64,000 bases of DNA from an uncultured Ignavibacteriaceae bacterium (GCA_964393605.1 CAYMUL010000018.1:1819-65818); one strand, 5' to 3'. Counted from the first letter of the stretch, positions 48,275 through 58,512 are shown. Notes: generated by a model from the sequence alone, not told the origin. Numbers and translations: made by a program.

Positions 48275-48868
48275 CTAGTTATTCCCCGATAACTTTTTAA
48301 TCTCATCGCGAAGTTTTACGGCTCTTTCGTAATCTTCTTTTTCGAGAGCCTCGCGTAAGGAATTTTGAAGCGTGGCAATTTTAGATTCCTTCGTCTTTGG
48401 TTCGTCCGCTTTCTTTTGAGAAAAGTCTATTGGCTCTCCCGTAAATTCTTCAAATGTTTGAGAAGGTGTGAAGGATGCAGTTTTCATCACCTGTTCAGAA
48501 ACATAAATGGGCACGCCTGCGCGTAATGCGAGAGCGATTGCATCGCTCGGTCTTGCATCCACTTCGTTCGTCATAGTTGATACTTCTAAAACGATAATGG
48601 CGTAAAAAGTATTTTCTCGCAACTCAGTAATTACGATTTCAGTAATTGATGCTCCTAAATTTTCTACAAGATTTTTAAGGAGATCATGAGTTAAAGGACG
48701 AGGTGGTTTTATTCCCTCAAGTTCAAGTGCTATGGCTTGCGCCTCATTTTTTCCGATGATGATTGGAAGACGACGAATCCCTTCAACTTCTTTAAGTACC
48801 ACGGCGAATGCGTCGCTACTTGAGGGATTTGTTGATAGCCCTAATATTTCACATTCAACTTTGTCCAA
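48275..48868 (-). CDS. bifunctional nuclease (BFN/DUF151) family protein with C-terminal UVR motif
   Basis: RRLPIIIGKNEAQAIALELEGIKPPRPLTHDL and ARPSDAIALALR (DUF151). The C-terminus LREALEKEDYERAVKLRDEI is UvrB/C-type. Confidence 0.8.
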   Translation of the reverse strand: MDKVECEILGLSTNPSSSDAFAVVLKEVEGIRRLPIIIGKNEAQAIALELEGIKPPRPLTHDLLKNLVENLGASITEIVITELRENTFYAIIVLEVSTMTNEVDARPSDAIALALRAGVPIYVSEQVMKTASFTPSQTFEEFTGEPIDFSQKKADEPKTKESKIATLQNSLREALEKEDYERAVKLRDEIKKLSGNN

Positions 48869-48882
48869 ATGTATGCAAGTCC

Positions 48883-49842
48883 TTATGATTTAATCTTTTT
48901 AACTTCCTCAATAAAAGCAGGAAGGATTTCAAAAATATCACCGGTGATTCCGTAATCTGCAATCGAAAAAATCGGCGCGTCTTTATCTTTGTTTATTGCA
49001 ACAATATATTTTGAAGAAGACATTCCTGCCATATGTTGAATTGCTCCTGAAATTCCACATGCAACGTACAAACTCGGAGAAACGGTTTTTCCGGTTTGTC
49101 CAACTTGCTCTTGATGAGGACGCCAACCTGCATCAACCACAGCGCGGGAAGCACCAACTGCGGCTCCCAATGCTTCGGCTAATTTTTCTAATAACTCAAA
49201 ATGTTCAGGGGCTTTCATTCCTCTTCCGCCAGAAACGATGATGTCTGCTTCTGCTACATCAAGTTTGCCTTCAGATTTTTTTATATCTATTACTCTGGTT
49301 GAAAGATCAATCCCAGCTACTTCCATAGTTTCGAGATTTGTTGTTTCATCTTTTGTTACAACTTTGAAAATATTTGGTCGGAGTGTAATTACTTTCTTTT
49401 CCGATTCGATGACAACATCTTGCAACGCTTTCCCTGCATAGATTGGTCTTGTGCCTATAAAATTATTTTCATTTTTCAGTTCGATACAATCCATAATTAT
49501 TCCGGCATCGATACTTGCGGCAACTCGCGGAGCTAAATCTTTTCCCAACGAAGTATTCGCAAAAAATATTGTTCCGAAATTATTTGTAACGAAATAATCT
49601 GAAATTAATTTTGAATGCGCCGAAGGAGAATAATTTTTGAGTTCTGAATTTTTAAGATGAACTAATTTCTGTAGCCCCAAATTTTTTGTTGCGTCGAGAT
49701 TTGCAATTTCATCTCCAATAACTAAACCTAAAGTTTCAAAATTATTTGCGGCGGCAATCTCAACCGCTTTTGATGCGGCTTCTAACGAAGCTTTTTTAAT
49801 GTTGCCGTCTCTTTGTTCTAAATAAATTAAAATTTTGCTCAT
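48883..49842 (-). CDS. etfA: electron transfer flavoprotein subunit alpha
   Basis: IIVSGGRGM, GASRAVVDAGW, QVGQTGKTVSPSLYVACGISGAIQH, IVAINKDKDAPIF. Confidence 0.92.
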   Translation of the reverse strand: MSKILIYLEQRDGNIKKASLEAASKAVEIAAANNFETLGLVIGDEIANLDATKNLGLQKLVHLKNSELKNYSPSAHSKLISDYFVTNNFGTIFFANTSLGKDLAPRVAASIDAGIIMDCIELKNENNFIGTRPIYAGKALQDVVIESEKKVITLRPNIFKVVTKDETTNLETMEVAGIDLSTRVIDIKKSEGKLDVAEADIIVSGGRGMKAPEHFELLEKLAEALGAAVGASRAVVDAGWRPHQEQVGQTGKTVSPSLYVACGISGAIQHMAGMSSSKYIVAINKDKDAPIFSIADYGITGDIFEILPAFIEEVKKIKS

Positions 49843-49850
49843 GAAAATCC

Positions 49851-50597
49851 TTAAATAACTTTTGCTTCTTCTCTTAATAATCTGACTAATTCGGGAACTG
49901 CGGTAGCATCTGCGCCAATGATTCTCCCCGGCTTTTTTGGTGATGGCTTTCTTAAACCGAGTGCTTTTGTTTTTGGGTTTGGAATCTCTACAACTTTTTC
50001 TTGAATGACTTTTTTCTTTGCCGCCATAATTCCTTTTAATGAGGCATAGCGCGGTTCATTCAATCCTTTTTGAGCTGTAATAACTGCGGGCAAATTCAAT
50101 TCAACAATTTCTTTTCCGCCTTCAATTTCACGTTCGGCAGTCAATTTATTTCCTTCTATTGTTAGTGCGACACATACTGAAACAGATGAGTATCCGAGTA
50201 ATTGAGCAGTCAATTGTCCTGTAATAGAGTTATCATAATCGACAGATTGCTTTCCCATAAAAACAAGTTCTGCATTGAGAGATTTTATTTCTGCCGCCAA
50301 AACTGAAGCAACTTGAAATGAATCGAGATAACCATCGCTTTTAATTAGAACACCTTCGTCGCAACCCATTGCAAGTGCTTTGCGGATTGTTTCTTTATTT
50401 GCATCTGCGCCAACGGAAATTACGGTAACATCGCCGCCAAATTTTTCTTTAGTCTTTAGTGCTTCTTCAACTGCGAACTCGTCGTATGGGTTTATTACAA
50501 ATGCAACACCGGCAGGATCGATACCTGTTGCGGAATCATTTAGTTTAATTTTGGTAGATGTATCGGGTACATGACTCACGCATACAGCTATTTTCAT
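49851..50597 (-). CDS. etfB: electron transfer flavoprotein subunit beta
   Basis: MKIAVCVSHVPDT, INPYDEFAVEEAL, LVFMGKQSVDYDNS.TGQ. Confidence 0.92.
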   Translation of the reverse strand: MKIAVCVSHVPDTSTKIKLNDSATGIDPAGVAFVINPYDEFAVEEALKTKEKFGGDVTVISVGADANKETIRKALAMGCDEGVLIKSDGYLDSFQVASVLAAEIKSLNAELVFMGKQSVDYDNSITGQLTAQLLGYSSVSVCVALTIEGNKLTAEREIEGGKEIVELNLPAVITAQKGLNEPRYASLKGIMAAKKKVIQEKVVEIPNPKTKALGLRKPSPKKPGRIIGADATAVPELVRLLREEAKVI

Positions 50598-50734
50598 CTT
50601 TCCTCCGAAATTATTTGAATTTTATTGAAAAAATAAAGATAGGTGGCTATAAAAACAAACCACTTAAAAGGGAATTGCTAATCAAATGAAACAATTCTTT
50701 ATTATTTTTCGATTAAAGATTTACAACTTGTTAG

Positions 50735-51022
50735 ATGAACGAAATACTTGAAATTCAAAAGCCGGAAATTATAGACGAAGGGGAAGTAACCACTACCTTT
50801 GCAAGTAAAGTTATATTGTACAACGATGATTGGCATTCTTTCGATGAAGTAATTTCACAATTGATGAAAGCTATCGGTTGCACATTTGAACAAGCGCGCG
50901 ATTTTTCCTTCGAAGTACATTTCAATGGTAAAGCCGTAGTATTCAACGGCTTGCTGACGAAATGTTTGCAAGTCTCTTCGGTACTTGAAGAGATTGCACT
51001 GCACACGCAAGTTGTAACGTGA
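50735..51022 (+). CDS. clpS: ATP-dependent Clp protease adaptor ClpS
   Basis: 95 aa. VILYNDDWHSFDEVI.QL......T.EQA......VH..G.AVV is the ClpS core. Confidence 0.85.
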   Translation: MNEILEIQKPEIIDEGEVTTTFASKVILYNDDWHSFDEVISQLMKAIGCTFEQARDFSFEVHFNGKAVVFNGLLTKCLQVSSVLEEIALHTQVVT

Positions 51023-51183
51023 GATGACGGTAATCCTTACAAATAAAAATTAAACACAAATAGTTTTGACTATTAAAACAAAAATTTATGTTTTAACTTT
51101 GCGCCGGCAATTAAAGAATTATTGCAGCAAAATTTTTTTTTGAAAAGTTTTTCGAATAATCTAAATTCGCATCCTCATTTTAC

Positions 51184-51256
51184 GGGCAGATAGCTCAGTC
51201 GGTAGAGCAATGGACTGAAAATCCATGTGTCGGCGGTTCGATTCCGTCTCTGCCCA
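51184..51256 (+). tRNA. tRNA-Phe (anticodon GAA)
   Basis: Manual cloverleaf: acceptor gggcaga/tctgccc, D-arm gctc-agtcggta-gagc, anticodon arm atgga-cuGAAaa-tccat, 5-nt variable loop, T-arm ggcgg-ttcgatt-ccgtc, discriminator A. The 3' CCA is not exactly encoded (ccca follows). Confidence 0.93.
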
Positions 51257-51264
51257 CCCAAACC

Positions 51265-51293
51265 GAGGCGATACCGACCGCCTCTTTTTTTTT
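51265..51293 (+). terminator. intrinsic terminator after tRNA-Phe
   Basis: gaggcg (51265-51270) pairs with cgcctc (51279-51284) around an 8-nt loop. A 9-T run follows. Confidence 0.75.
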
Positions 51294-51305
51294 GTATTTT
51301 CGCCT

Positions 51306-52214
51306 ATGGAAAAAATAATTCTTTCTACAAACTTCACCGATCTAAAATTTTTCAAACGAGGGAAAGTCCGTGAAGTTTATGAACTCGGCGAAAATTTCCT
51401 GATCGTCTCCACAGATCGTATTTCTGCGTTTGATGTTATTATGGATCAAGGCATTCCTTCCAAAGGAAAAGTACTGAATACGATTTCAAATTTCTGGTTC
51501 AACTTCACTTCCGATATAATCTCAAATCATATCATCGCTACAGATGTTAGCGAATATCCTGAAACTTGCTTGGCTTATCAAAAAGAATTAGCACATCGTT
51601 CGATGCTCGTAAAAAAAACTAAACCGTTTCCGATTGAATGCATCGTGCGCGGCTATATCTCCGGCTCGGGGTGGGCTGATTATCAAAACTCAGGAGAGAT
51701 TTGCGGAATAAAATTGCCGGATGGATTAGTTGAATCGGATAAACTTCCCGAGATTATTTTCACTCCCTCAACGAAAGCGGAAATCGGAGTTCATGACGAA
51801 AACATCGATGAAAAAACTGCAATCAATTTAATCGGCAAAGAAGATTTTGAATTCATTAAAAACAAATCGATTGAAGTTTATAAAAAATGTTCAGACTTCG
51901 CATCATCGAAGGGAATAATAATTGCGGACACAAAAATGGAATTTGGCATAGATGAAAACGACAACATTATTTTGATTGATGAATTGCTCACTCCTGATTC
52001 TTCACGTTTTTGGGCTGTCAATAGCTATCAAGCCGGGAGAGCGCAAGATAGCTTTGATAAACAATACTTGCGCGATTATTTGATTTCGATAAACTTCAAT
52101 CGTCAGCCGCCGCCGCCGCATCTTCCCGATACTATAATTCAAAACACGAGTAGAAAATATTTGGAAGCTTTGCATCTTCTCACCGGATTAAAAATAGAGA
52201 ATGAGACCAATTAA
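51306..52214 (+). CDS. purC: phosphoribosylaminoimidazole-succinocarboxamide (SAICAR) synthase
   Basis: RGKVREVYE, LIVSTDRISAFD, IECIVRGYISGSGW, ADTKMEFG, DELLTPDSSRFW. Started at MEKII (51306) because the tracked start at 51225 overlaps the tRNA and its terminator. Confidence 0.9.
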   Translation: MEKIILSTNFTDLKFFKRGKVREVYELGENFLIVSTDRISAFDVIMDQGIPSKGKVLNTISNFWFNFTSDIISNHIIATDVSEYPETCLAYQKELAHRSMLVKKTKPFPIECIVRGYISGSGWADYQNSGEICGIKLPDGLVESDKLPEIIFTPSTKAEIGVHDENIDEKTAINLIGKEDFEFIKNKSIEVYKKCSDFASSKGIIIADTKMEFGIDENDNIILIDELLTPDSSRFWAVNSYQAGRAQDSFDKQYLRDYLISINFNRQPPPPHLPDTIIQNTSRKYLEALHLLTGLKIENETN

Positions 52215-52491
52215 ACTTGCAATAAAAAATAAAGGTTTGGTAATCAATTGGGATGATGAATCGCAACAAACTATTTCTTTGAGCAGTCTGCGAAAAAGAT
52301 GCCCGTGCGCAACTTGTTTATCCGAAAGAGAAAAACAAAGCAAAGATTTTTTCCCGATATTCAATCCCGACCAAATTAAAGTAACCGAATTGAAAACCGT
52401 CGGCACATACGCATTAAATATCTGTTGGGGCGATGGTCATTCGACCGGAATATTTGAGTATCGCTATTTAAAAAATTTTAATAATGTTTGA
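52201..52491 (+). CDS. DUF971 domain protein
   Basis: 96 aa. L.I.W.D.........LR..CPCA.C......................Y......W.DGH..GI. matches the DUF971 pattern as I recall it. Confidence 0.65.
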   Translation: MRPIKLAIKNKGLVINWDDESQQTISLSSLRKRCPCATCLSEREKQSKDFFPIFNPDQIKVTELKTVGTYALNICWGDGHSTGIFEYRYLKNFNNV

Positions 52492-52497
52492 ATCCTC

Positions 52498-53088
52498 GTG
52501 GTACTTCCGAATCAATTAACAGTTTTAAGAATAATTTTAACTCCCATCTTCATATTTTTTTTCTTAACCGATAAACAATGGTATCCGGAAATTTCGCTTG
52601 GAATATTTTTGATTGCGGCATTAACTGATTGGTACGATGGCTGGCTCGCACGCAAATTCAATTACTTTACTTCGTGGGGAAAATTTTGGGATCCGATGGC
52701 GGATAAAATTCTAACCGGCGGTGCTTTCATTTCTTTAGCTTATCTTGGAATTTTAGAAGTCTGGATGGTAGTGCTTATTATGTTAAGAGATTTTGTTGTT
52801 ACAACGGTTCGCGGGCTTGCAGATTATAAAAATATTTCCTTCCCAACAAGCATTTACGCCAAATGGAAAACTTTTATACAAATGGTGTTTCTCTATTATC
52901 TTTTAATTTTTTTTACTCTTTCGAAAAACGAATATATTTACGGGCAATTCGGTGAAATTTTAAAGACGTTGTTAAATCCGACTCTCATTTACTTTGTAAT
53001 GCTGGGAATAACATTTATTACAGTTCATTCCGGTTATTTGTATTTGAAACAAAACTCTTCAACAGTTAAAAAGGTATTTCAGGATTGA
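52498..53088 (+). CDS. pgsA: CDP-diacylglycerol--glycerol-3-phosphate 3-phosphatidyltransferase
   Basis: CDP-alcohol phosphatidyltransferase motif TDWYDGWLARK....S..GKFWDPMADK. Multi-TM. GTG start. Confidence 0.85.
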   Translation: MVLPNQLTVLRIILTPIFIFFFLTDKQWYPEISLGIFLIAALTDWYDGWLARKFNYFTSWGKFWDPMADKILTGGAFISLAYLGILEVWMVVLIMLRDFVVTTVRGLADYKNISFPTSIYAKWKTFIQMVFLYYLLIFFTLSKNEYIYGQFGEILKTLLNPTLIYFVMLGITFITVHSGYLYLKQNSSTVKKVFQD

Positions 53089-53546
53089 AATTAAACATAA
53101 TCGAAAAAGCTTTTGGCTCGGCATTGTTCACGGGATACATACCCATAGCGTCGGGCACATTTGGAAGCGCAGTCGGTTTGCTCATCTATTTAATACCGGG
53201 ATTTGAAGCTCCCAAAATTTTATTCCCAACAATTGTTATTGTAGGAATTTTAGGAACATACACTGCGGATAAATTTGAAAAAGTGTACGGGCACGATCCT
53301 GCACAATGCACAATTGACGAAGTTGTTGGGATGTGGATTACATTAATCTTTGTTCCCAAATCTGTTATGAACCTTTCGATAGCATTTATTTTGTGGAGAA
53401 TATTCGATATCGTCAAACCGAGCCCGGCTTCCTATTTCGATAAAATGAAAGGAGGCGTCGGAATTATGATGGATGACGTTACCGCTGCGATTTACGCACT
53501 TATACTCACGCATAGTACAATATTTATTTTAAATCGATTCAATTAA
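53085..53546 (+). CDS. pgpA: phosphatidylglycerophosphatase A
   Basis: PIASGTFGSAVG, DEVVGMW, FRIFDIVKP. 153 aa. Overlaps the pgsA stop. Confidence 0.8.
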   Translation: MKLNIIEKAFGSALFTGYIPIASGTFGSAVGLLIYLIPGFEAPKILFPTIVIVGILGTYTADKFEKVYGHDPAQCTIDEVVGMWITLIFVPKSVMNLSIAFILWRIFDIVKPSPASYFDKMKGGVGIMMDDVTAAIYALILTHSTIFILNRFN

Positions 53547-53553
53547 TAAAAAC

Positions 53554-54804
53554 ATGAATGCACACATAATTACTATTGGCGATGAAATTCTAATCGGTCA
53601 AACTTTAAACACTAACGCCGCCTTTATCGGAGATAAACTTTCAGCAATGAGAATTAAAGTTGTCAAAAGCTCCGTTGTCGGCGATCAGATAGCAGATATA
53701 AAAAATGAATTTGAAATTGCCTCGCAGAATGCTGACTTGATAATTGCAACCGGCGGACTCGGTCCAACGCATGACGACAAAACCCGCGATGCAGTTGTGG
53801 AATATTTTAAAACATCGCTGATAAAAAATGAAAATGTACTGTCCGATATCTCAACTCGTTTCAAAAAATTGAAGCGTGAGATGAGCAAAGTAAATGAAAC
53901 TCAAGCGATGGTTCCGAAAAATGCCGAAGTTATTCGCAACTCTTTCGGAACGGCGCCGGGTTACTGGATTGAGAAAGGAAAAAAAATATTCGTAGTGATG
54001 CCCGGAGTTCCTTTCGAAATGAAAATGATGATGGATAATTTTGTTCTGCCAAAATTGGAAGAAAAAGTTGAATCGGATTTTTATTTACTTCGCAGAACAT
54101 TTATGACAACAGGCATTGCCGAATCAACTTTGTTTGAAAAACTTGGCAATCTCGATGAGTTACTAAATGGCGCGGAACTCGCTTTTCTTCCAAGTCAGTT
54201 TGGCGTTAAACTTCGCGTAACAGTTTCCGATAAAAATGAAAAATCTGCAAATGAAAAATTAATTGAGATCGAACAGAAACTTCGTGCATTAGCGGGAAGA
54301 TATATTTACGGCAAAGATGAAGAAGAACTTTCCGAAATTGTGATTCGTATGTTGAAAGAAAGAACACTTCGTGTCGCCCTTGCAGAATCTTGTACAGGTG
54401 GATTGGTGAGTAGTGCGATTACAAATCATAATGGAAGCAGTGAAGTTTTTGATAGAGGAATAGTTGCATACAGCAATGCGGCAAAAGTTGAAATATTAAA
54501 AGTGAATGAAGATACACTCGCCCAATACGGCGCGGTGAGCGTTGAAATTGCACGTCAAATGGCGGAAGGAGTTAAAGCGATCAGCGGCGCAGATATTGGA
54601 TTGTCAATCACAGGAATTATGGGACCCACCGGCGGTTCAAAAGAAAAACCGGTTGGAACTGTGTTTGTCGGTTACTGCGATACTCGCGTTTGTACAGCGA
54701 AAGAATTTCATTTCAGTGATGATCGAGTTATGAACAAAGAAAAAACAACTCAAGCCGCGTTAGATGTTTTGCGCAAATCGCTTTTAGGTATTCCGCTTGA
54801 TTGA
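53554..54804 (+). CDS. cinA: competence/damage-inducible protein CinA (MoCF-binding domain + nicotinamide-nucleotide amidohydrolase domain)
   Basis: IITIGDEILIGQTLNTNA, ATGGLGPTHDD, AESCTGG, SITGIMGP. Confidence 0.9.
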   Translation: MNAHIITIGDEILIGQTLNTNAAFIGDKLSAMRIKVVKSSVVGDQIADIKNEFEIASQNADLIIATGGLGPTHDDKTRDAVVEYFKTSLIKNENVLSDISTRFKKLKREMSKVNETQAMVPKNAEVIRNSFGTAPGYWIEKGKKIFVVMPGVPFEMKMMMDNFVLPKLEEKVESDFYLLRRTFMTTGIAESTLFEKLGNLDELLNGAELAFLPSQFGVKLRVTVSDKNEKSANEKLIEIEQKLRALAGRYIYGKDEEELSEIVIRMLKERTLRVALAESCTGGLVSSAITNHNGSSEVFDRGIVAYSNAAKVEILKVNEDTLAQYGAVSVEIARQMAEGVKAISGADIGLSITGIMGPTGGSKEKPVGTVFVGYCDTRVCTAKEFHFSDDRVMNKEKTTQAALDVLRKSLLGIPLD

Positions 54805-55345
54805 AAATCTCTTTCTCGCTTTAAATCTTTCCGACGCTTTCAGAGATTTTCTTGAAGAAAAAATGAACGTCTTCAAAGAAAAGAGCAATGCTTTCAGGTG
54901 GGAAAGAAGAGAAAAACTGCATATGACTTTACGCTTTTATGGAGTTGTTAATCATCTTGAAATTGGAAAAATTAAAAATGCAATTGAACTTTTCGATGAA
55001 ATGCCTAAAATGGTTTTAACTTTTAATGGATTTTCTTTTTTTCAAGTTAAGATGTATCCAAGTATATTGTATGCAAAATTCGAATACAACGAAACACTTC
55101 TAAATTTTGGAAACACGATTCTTCAAAAAACTGAATCCATTGGCGATGTAAAGGAGAATAAAATTTTTAAACCGCATATAACTATTGCGCGCTCGAAGAA
55201 AAAACCGGAGAAAGAGTTCATGGATTATTTTCAAAATTACAATGCCGGAACTTTCATCGAAGAAATTCAAACTATGTCAATTTATAAAAGTGTTCAATAC
55301 ACGACCGGTACGATTTACAAAGAAATAAAAAAATATAACTTTTAA
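54797..55345 (+). CDS. thpR: RNA 2',3'-cyclic phosphodiesterase (2H family, ThpR/LigT)
   Basis: Two HxT motifs (HMTLRF and HITIAR) at 2H-family spacing. 182 aa. Confidence 0.75.
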   Translation: MIENLFLALNLSDAFRDFLEEKMNVFKEKSNAFRWERREKLHMTLRFYGVVNHLEIGKIKNAIELFDEMPKMVLTFNGFSFFQVKMYPSILYAKFEYNETLLNFGNTILQKTESIGDVKENKIFKPHITIARSKKKPEKEFMDYFQNYNAGTFIEEIQTMSIYKSVQYTTGTIYKEIKKYNF

Positions 55346-55355
55346 AGGAGGTTAA

Positions 55356-56408
55356 ATGTCAACCGAACGAGAAAATAAAATTAAAATGCTTGAAGAAACT
55401 ATTTCAAGTATAGAAAAAAATTTTGGCAAAGGTTCTATCATGAAGTTGGGCGATGGTGTTATCGCTCCCGTTGAATCAATTTCCACAGGTTCAGTCTCAC
55501 TTGATTGGGCTTTAGGAATTGGCGGTGTGCCGCGTGGAAGAATTATCGAAATTTTCGGTCCCGAGTCCAGCGGAAAAACTACGCTATGTCTTCACATAAT
55601 TTCCGAAGCGCAGAAGAATGGCGGACTTGCCGCTTTCATCGATGCCGAACATGCACTCGATGTTCAATACGCAAAACGATTGGGAGTAGATACGGCAAAT
55701 TTACTTTTATCACAACCGGATTTCGGCGAACAGGCTTTGGAAATTGCAGACACTCTCGTTAGAAGCAACGCGCTCGATGTTATTGTAATTGATTCGGTTG
55801 CCGCTTTAGTTCCACGCGCTGAAATAGAAGGAGAGATGGGTGATGCACACATGGCAATGCAAGCTCGATTAATGTCGCAAGCACTCAGAAAATTAACCGG
55901 CGCAATTTCACGCTCGAAAACTTCTGTGATATTCACAAATCAACTTCGAAGCAAAATTGGTGTAATGTTCGGAAATCCTGAAACTACAACCGGCGGTAAC
56001 GCTCTTAAATTTTATGCAAGTGTAAGAATTGATATTCGCCGCATCGCACAATTAAAAGAAGGGAACGATGTTGTCGGAAACAGAACAAAAGTTAAAATTG
56101 TGAAAAGTAAAGTTGCGCCGCCATTCAAAGAAGTTGAGTTCGATATTTTGTACAATGAAGGAATCAGCAAAACCGGTGACATACTTGATCTTGCAGTGTT
56201 GCACGGCATTGTGAAAAAGAGCGGCGCATGGTTCAGTTACGGTGAAGATCGTTTCCAGGGAAGAGAACAATTCCGGCAAAAACTTGTCGAAAATCCTGAC
56301 ATGTTCAAGATGCTCGCAGTCGAAGTTCGAACAAAATTGGGAATGAACGGAGCCGAAGAAAAAGTTGTTGAAGAAGAAGCTCCGGCGAAAGGGAAAAAAT
56401 CAAAATAA
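55356..56408 (+). CDS. recA: recombinase RecA
   Basis: [18 protein letters not shown], Walker [52 protein letters not shown]. Confidence 0.98.
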   Translation: MSTERENKIKMLEETISSIEKNFGKGSIMKLGDGVIAPVESISTGSVSLDWALGIGGVPRGRIIEIFGPESSGKTTLCLHIISEAQKNGGLAAFIDAEHALDVQYAKRLGVDTANLLLSQPDFGEQALEIADTLVRSNALDVIVIDSVAALVPRAEIEGEMGDAHMAMQARLMSQALRKLTGAISRSKTSVIFTNQLRSKIGVMFGNPETTTGGNALKFYASVRIDIRRIAQLKEGNDVVGNRTKVKIVKSKVAPPFKEVEFDILYNEGISKTGDILDLAVLHGIVKKSGAWFSYGEDRFQGREQFRQKLVENPDMFKMLAVEVRTKLGMNGAEEKVVEEEAPAKGKKSK

Positions 56409-56417
56409 CTTTTTCTT

Positions 56418-57047
56418 ATGAAGATCAGCCGTATCTATAAAGAAAATTCCAAGAGGGTTGTCATCGAATTTGAAGATGGCAACTCTCTTTCTGTTTTTAA
56501 AGACATCATCTATAATTTTTCTTTAAGGAAGTTTGATGATATTGAAGAAAAACTTTTTAATGAGATACGGGACAAACAATTTTTTCTTGAGATAAAAGAA
56601 AAAGCACTTTCATTGCTCGCAAGAAGAGCGCACTCAAAGTATGAGTTGAAACAAAAATTATTTCAAAAGAAATTTGAAAAAGAAAAAATTGAAACTGTTT
56701 TAAATACACTCGAATCTGACGGATACATTAATGATTTCGAGTTTGCAAAACTTTTTATTAATGAACGAATCGCGAAAGGGAAGTCAGGTCCTATTAAAAT
56801 CAAATCGGAATTGATGGGGAAGGGAATCAAACGCGAGGTGATTGATGAAGTGTTAAAAATATTTTTCCCTTCGGAAGAGAACGAAGATGCGGCATTTTCA
56901 ATTGCAGAAAAGAAAATTTCTCAATTAAAAAAAAGAAATCTTGACGAAAGGATAATCAAACAAAAACTTTATTCATTTTTACTTTCGCGCGGCTTTTCGT
57001 TTGAAGTTGCAAAACAAGTTTCCGAAAAAAAATTAGAGCAGATTTAA
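56418..57047 (+). CDS. recX: recombination regulator RecX
   Basis: Position immediately after recA. Helical-repeat protein with ALSLLARRAHSKYELKQKL typical of RecX. Confidence 0.75.
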   Translation: MKISRIYKENSKRVVIEFEDGNSLSVFKDIIYNFSLRKFDDIEEKLFNEIRDKQFFLEIKEKALSLLARRAHSKYELKQKLFQKKFEKEKIETVLNTLESDGYINDFEFAKLFINERIAKGKSGPIKIKSELMGKGIKREVIDEVLKIFFPSEENEDAAFSIAEKKISQLKKRNLDERIIKQKLYSFLLSRGFSFEVAKQVSEKKLEQI

Positions 57048-57455
57048 TTTCTTTAAAGTTTCAGGAAGTTTTCGAATCTCACTTGCCACATCGTAATTCC
57101 CAATATTTTCAACCGCATCATGAACGGAAAACCATCTTCTTTCACGAAAATTTTGTTCGAGAAAATTCTCGAGATATTCCGTTACCTGCAGAGCAAAAAT
57201 CACAATCTCAAAACTACCGATCAATTTTTCATCCGTCGCAGTGCCAAGTTTTGCGACAAGATTTCCCAGTACACCGGCTTCTTCAAATGCCTCTTGCTTT
57301 GCGGCTTGTTCCGGTGTTTGATGCGGCTCTACGCCTCCTTTCGGAATTATCCATCGTTTTTTATTTCGTGAGGTTATGAGAAGCACTTCAAGCCGTCCAT
57401 CAATTTTTCTAAACGGGATTGAACCCGCTTGTTTAAAAGAGAATTCTATTTTCAA
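57033..57455 (-). CDS. NUDIX hydrolase
   Basis: Nudix box GGVEPHQTPEQAAKQEAFEEAGV. 140 aa. Confidence 0.85.
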   Translation of the reverse strand: MKIEFSFKQAGSIPFRKIDGRLEVLLITSRNKKRWIIPKGGVEPHQTPEQAAKQEAFEEAGVLGNLVAKLGTATDEKLIGSFEIVIFALQVTEYLENFLEQNFRERRWFSVHDAVENIGNYDVASEIRKLPETLKKLNLL

Positions 57456-57528
57456 GTTGAAAAGGATTTTTTATTTTAGTAAAAGATTTATATGATTCTA
57501 TAAAAAAAATATTGAGTGCAAATTTAAC

Positions 57529-58512
57529 ATGATACACTTTGAACCCAAAGAATTAACTATTCCGAAAGTACATCAACTTTTACTTGGAGGAATAGCCCCG
57601 CGACCGATCGCATTAGTTTCAACTTTAGCCGAAGATGGAACGCCGAATCTTTCACCGTTTTCATTCTTCAATGTCTTCTCCGCAAACCCGCCTATTGTTG
57701 CTTTCTCTGCGGCGCGTCGCGGAAAAGATGCTTCACTAAAAGATACTTACAACAATCTTGTTGCAACAAACGAATGTGTTATTCAGTCCGTAACATATTC
57801 TATGGTTGAGCAAGTCAATCTTGCTTCGACTGAGTTTGATACCGGAGTGAATGAATTTATAAAATCGGGATTAACTCCCGTCAATTCAGATATAATTAAA
57901 CCGTTCAGAGTAAAAGAATCGCCGTTTCAGATGGAGTGTAAATTGCAAAAGATGATTCATCTTGGCGATGGCGGTGCATCCGGTAATCTTGCAATTTGTG
58001 AAGTTGTAAAATTTCATATCGCAGAAGATATTTTTGAGAATGGTATAATTCAACCGCAACTAATCGATCTCGTCTCACGCATGTCCGCCGATTATTATTG
58101 TCGTGCGTCGGGGGATAGCGTTTTTGTAGTACGCAAACCTATCGGAAAAGATTGCATCGGCTACGAAAATATTCCTGACTTTGTAAAATATTCAAATCAT
58201 TTTTCGGGGAATGAGCTCGGCAAACTTGGAAACTTTTCAAAAATTCCTGATGCTAACGAAGCGATGCAGTTGCAAGAAAAATATTCTACACAAAAAATAG
58301 AAGCCATCGAAATTTCGCGCGAAGCTTTCAAACGCTACGAAACAAAATATGATTATGAATTAATGCTTCATTGTTTTTACAAATTAGAAACTTTAAGTAA
58401 CGATGATAAAAAATCAATGCTCATCCGAGCCGCTAAAACCGCACTGATGAAAGAAGATGTGGAGTTTGCCTGGAAAATTATTTTGTTGACTGAGAAATTA
58501 TTTGACAAATGA
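57529..58512 (+). CDS. flavin reductase-like (FMN-binding split barrel) protein with about 120-aa helical C-terminal extension
   Basis: LLGGIAPRPIALVSTLAEDGTPNLSPFSFFN is the flavin reductase domain signature. The C-terminal third lacks any motif I recognise. Confidence 0.7.
   Translation: MIHFEPKELTIPKVHQLLLGGIAPRPIALVSTLAEDGTPNLSPFSFFNVFSANPPIVAFSAARRGKDASLKDTYNNLVATNECVIQSVTYSMVEQVNLASTEFDTGVNEFIKSGLTPVNSDIIKPFRVKESPFQMECKLQKMIHLGDGGASGNLAICEVVKFHIAEDIFENGIIQPQLIDLVSRMSADYYCRASGDSVFVVRKPIGKDCIGYENIPDFVKYSNHFSGNELGKLGNFSKIPDANEAMQLQEKYSTQKIEAIEISREAFKRYETKYDYELMLHCFYKLETLSNDDKKSMLIRAAKTALMKEDVEFAWKIILLTEKLFDK

Noticed and set aside
51161-51355. 64-aa minus-strand ORF, and the 27-codon N-terminal extension of purC (51225-51305)
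   Set aside because: Both overlap the well-folded tRNA-Phe (51184-51256) and its terminator. The conserved purC sequence begins at MEKII (51306).
51184-52214. tRNA-Phe as an integration hotspot or genomic island boundary
   Set aside because: No integrase, no direct repeat of the tRNA 3' end and no foreign-looking genes follow. purC and housekeeping genes come immediately after.
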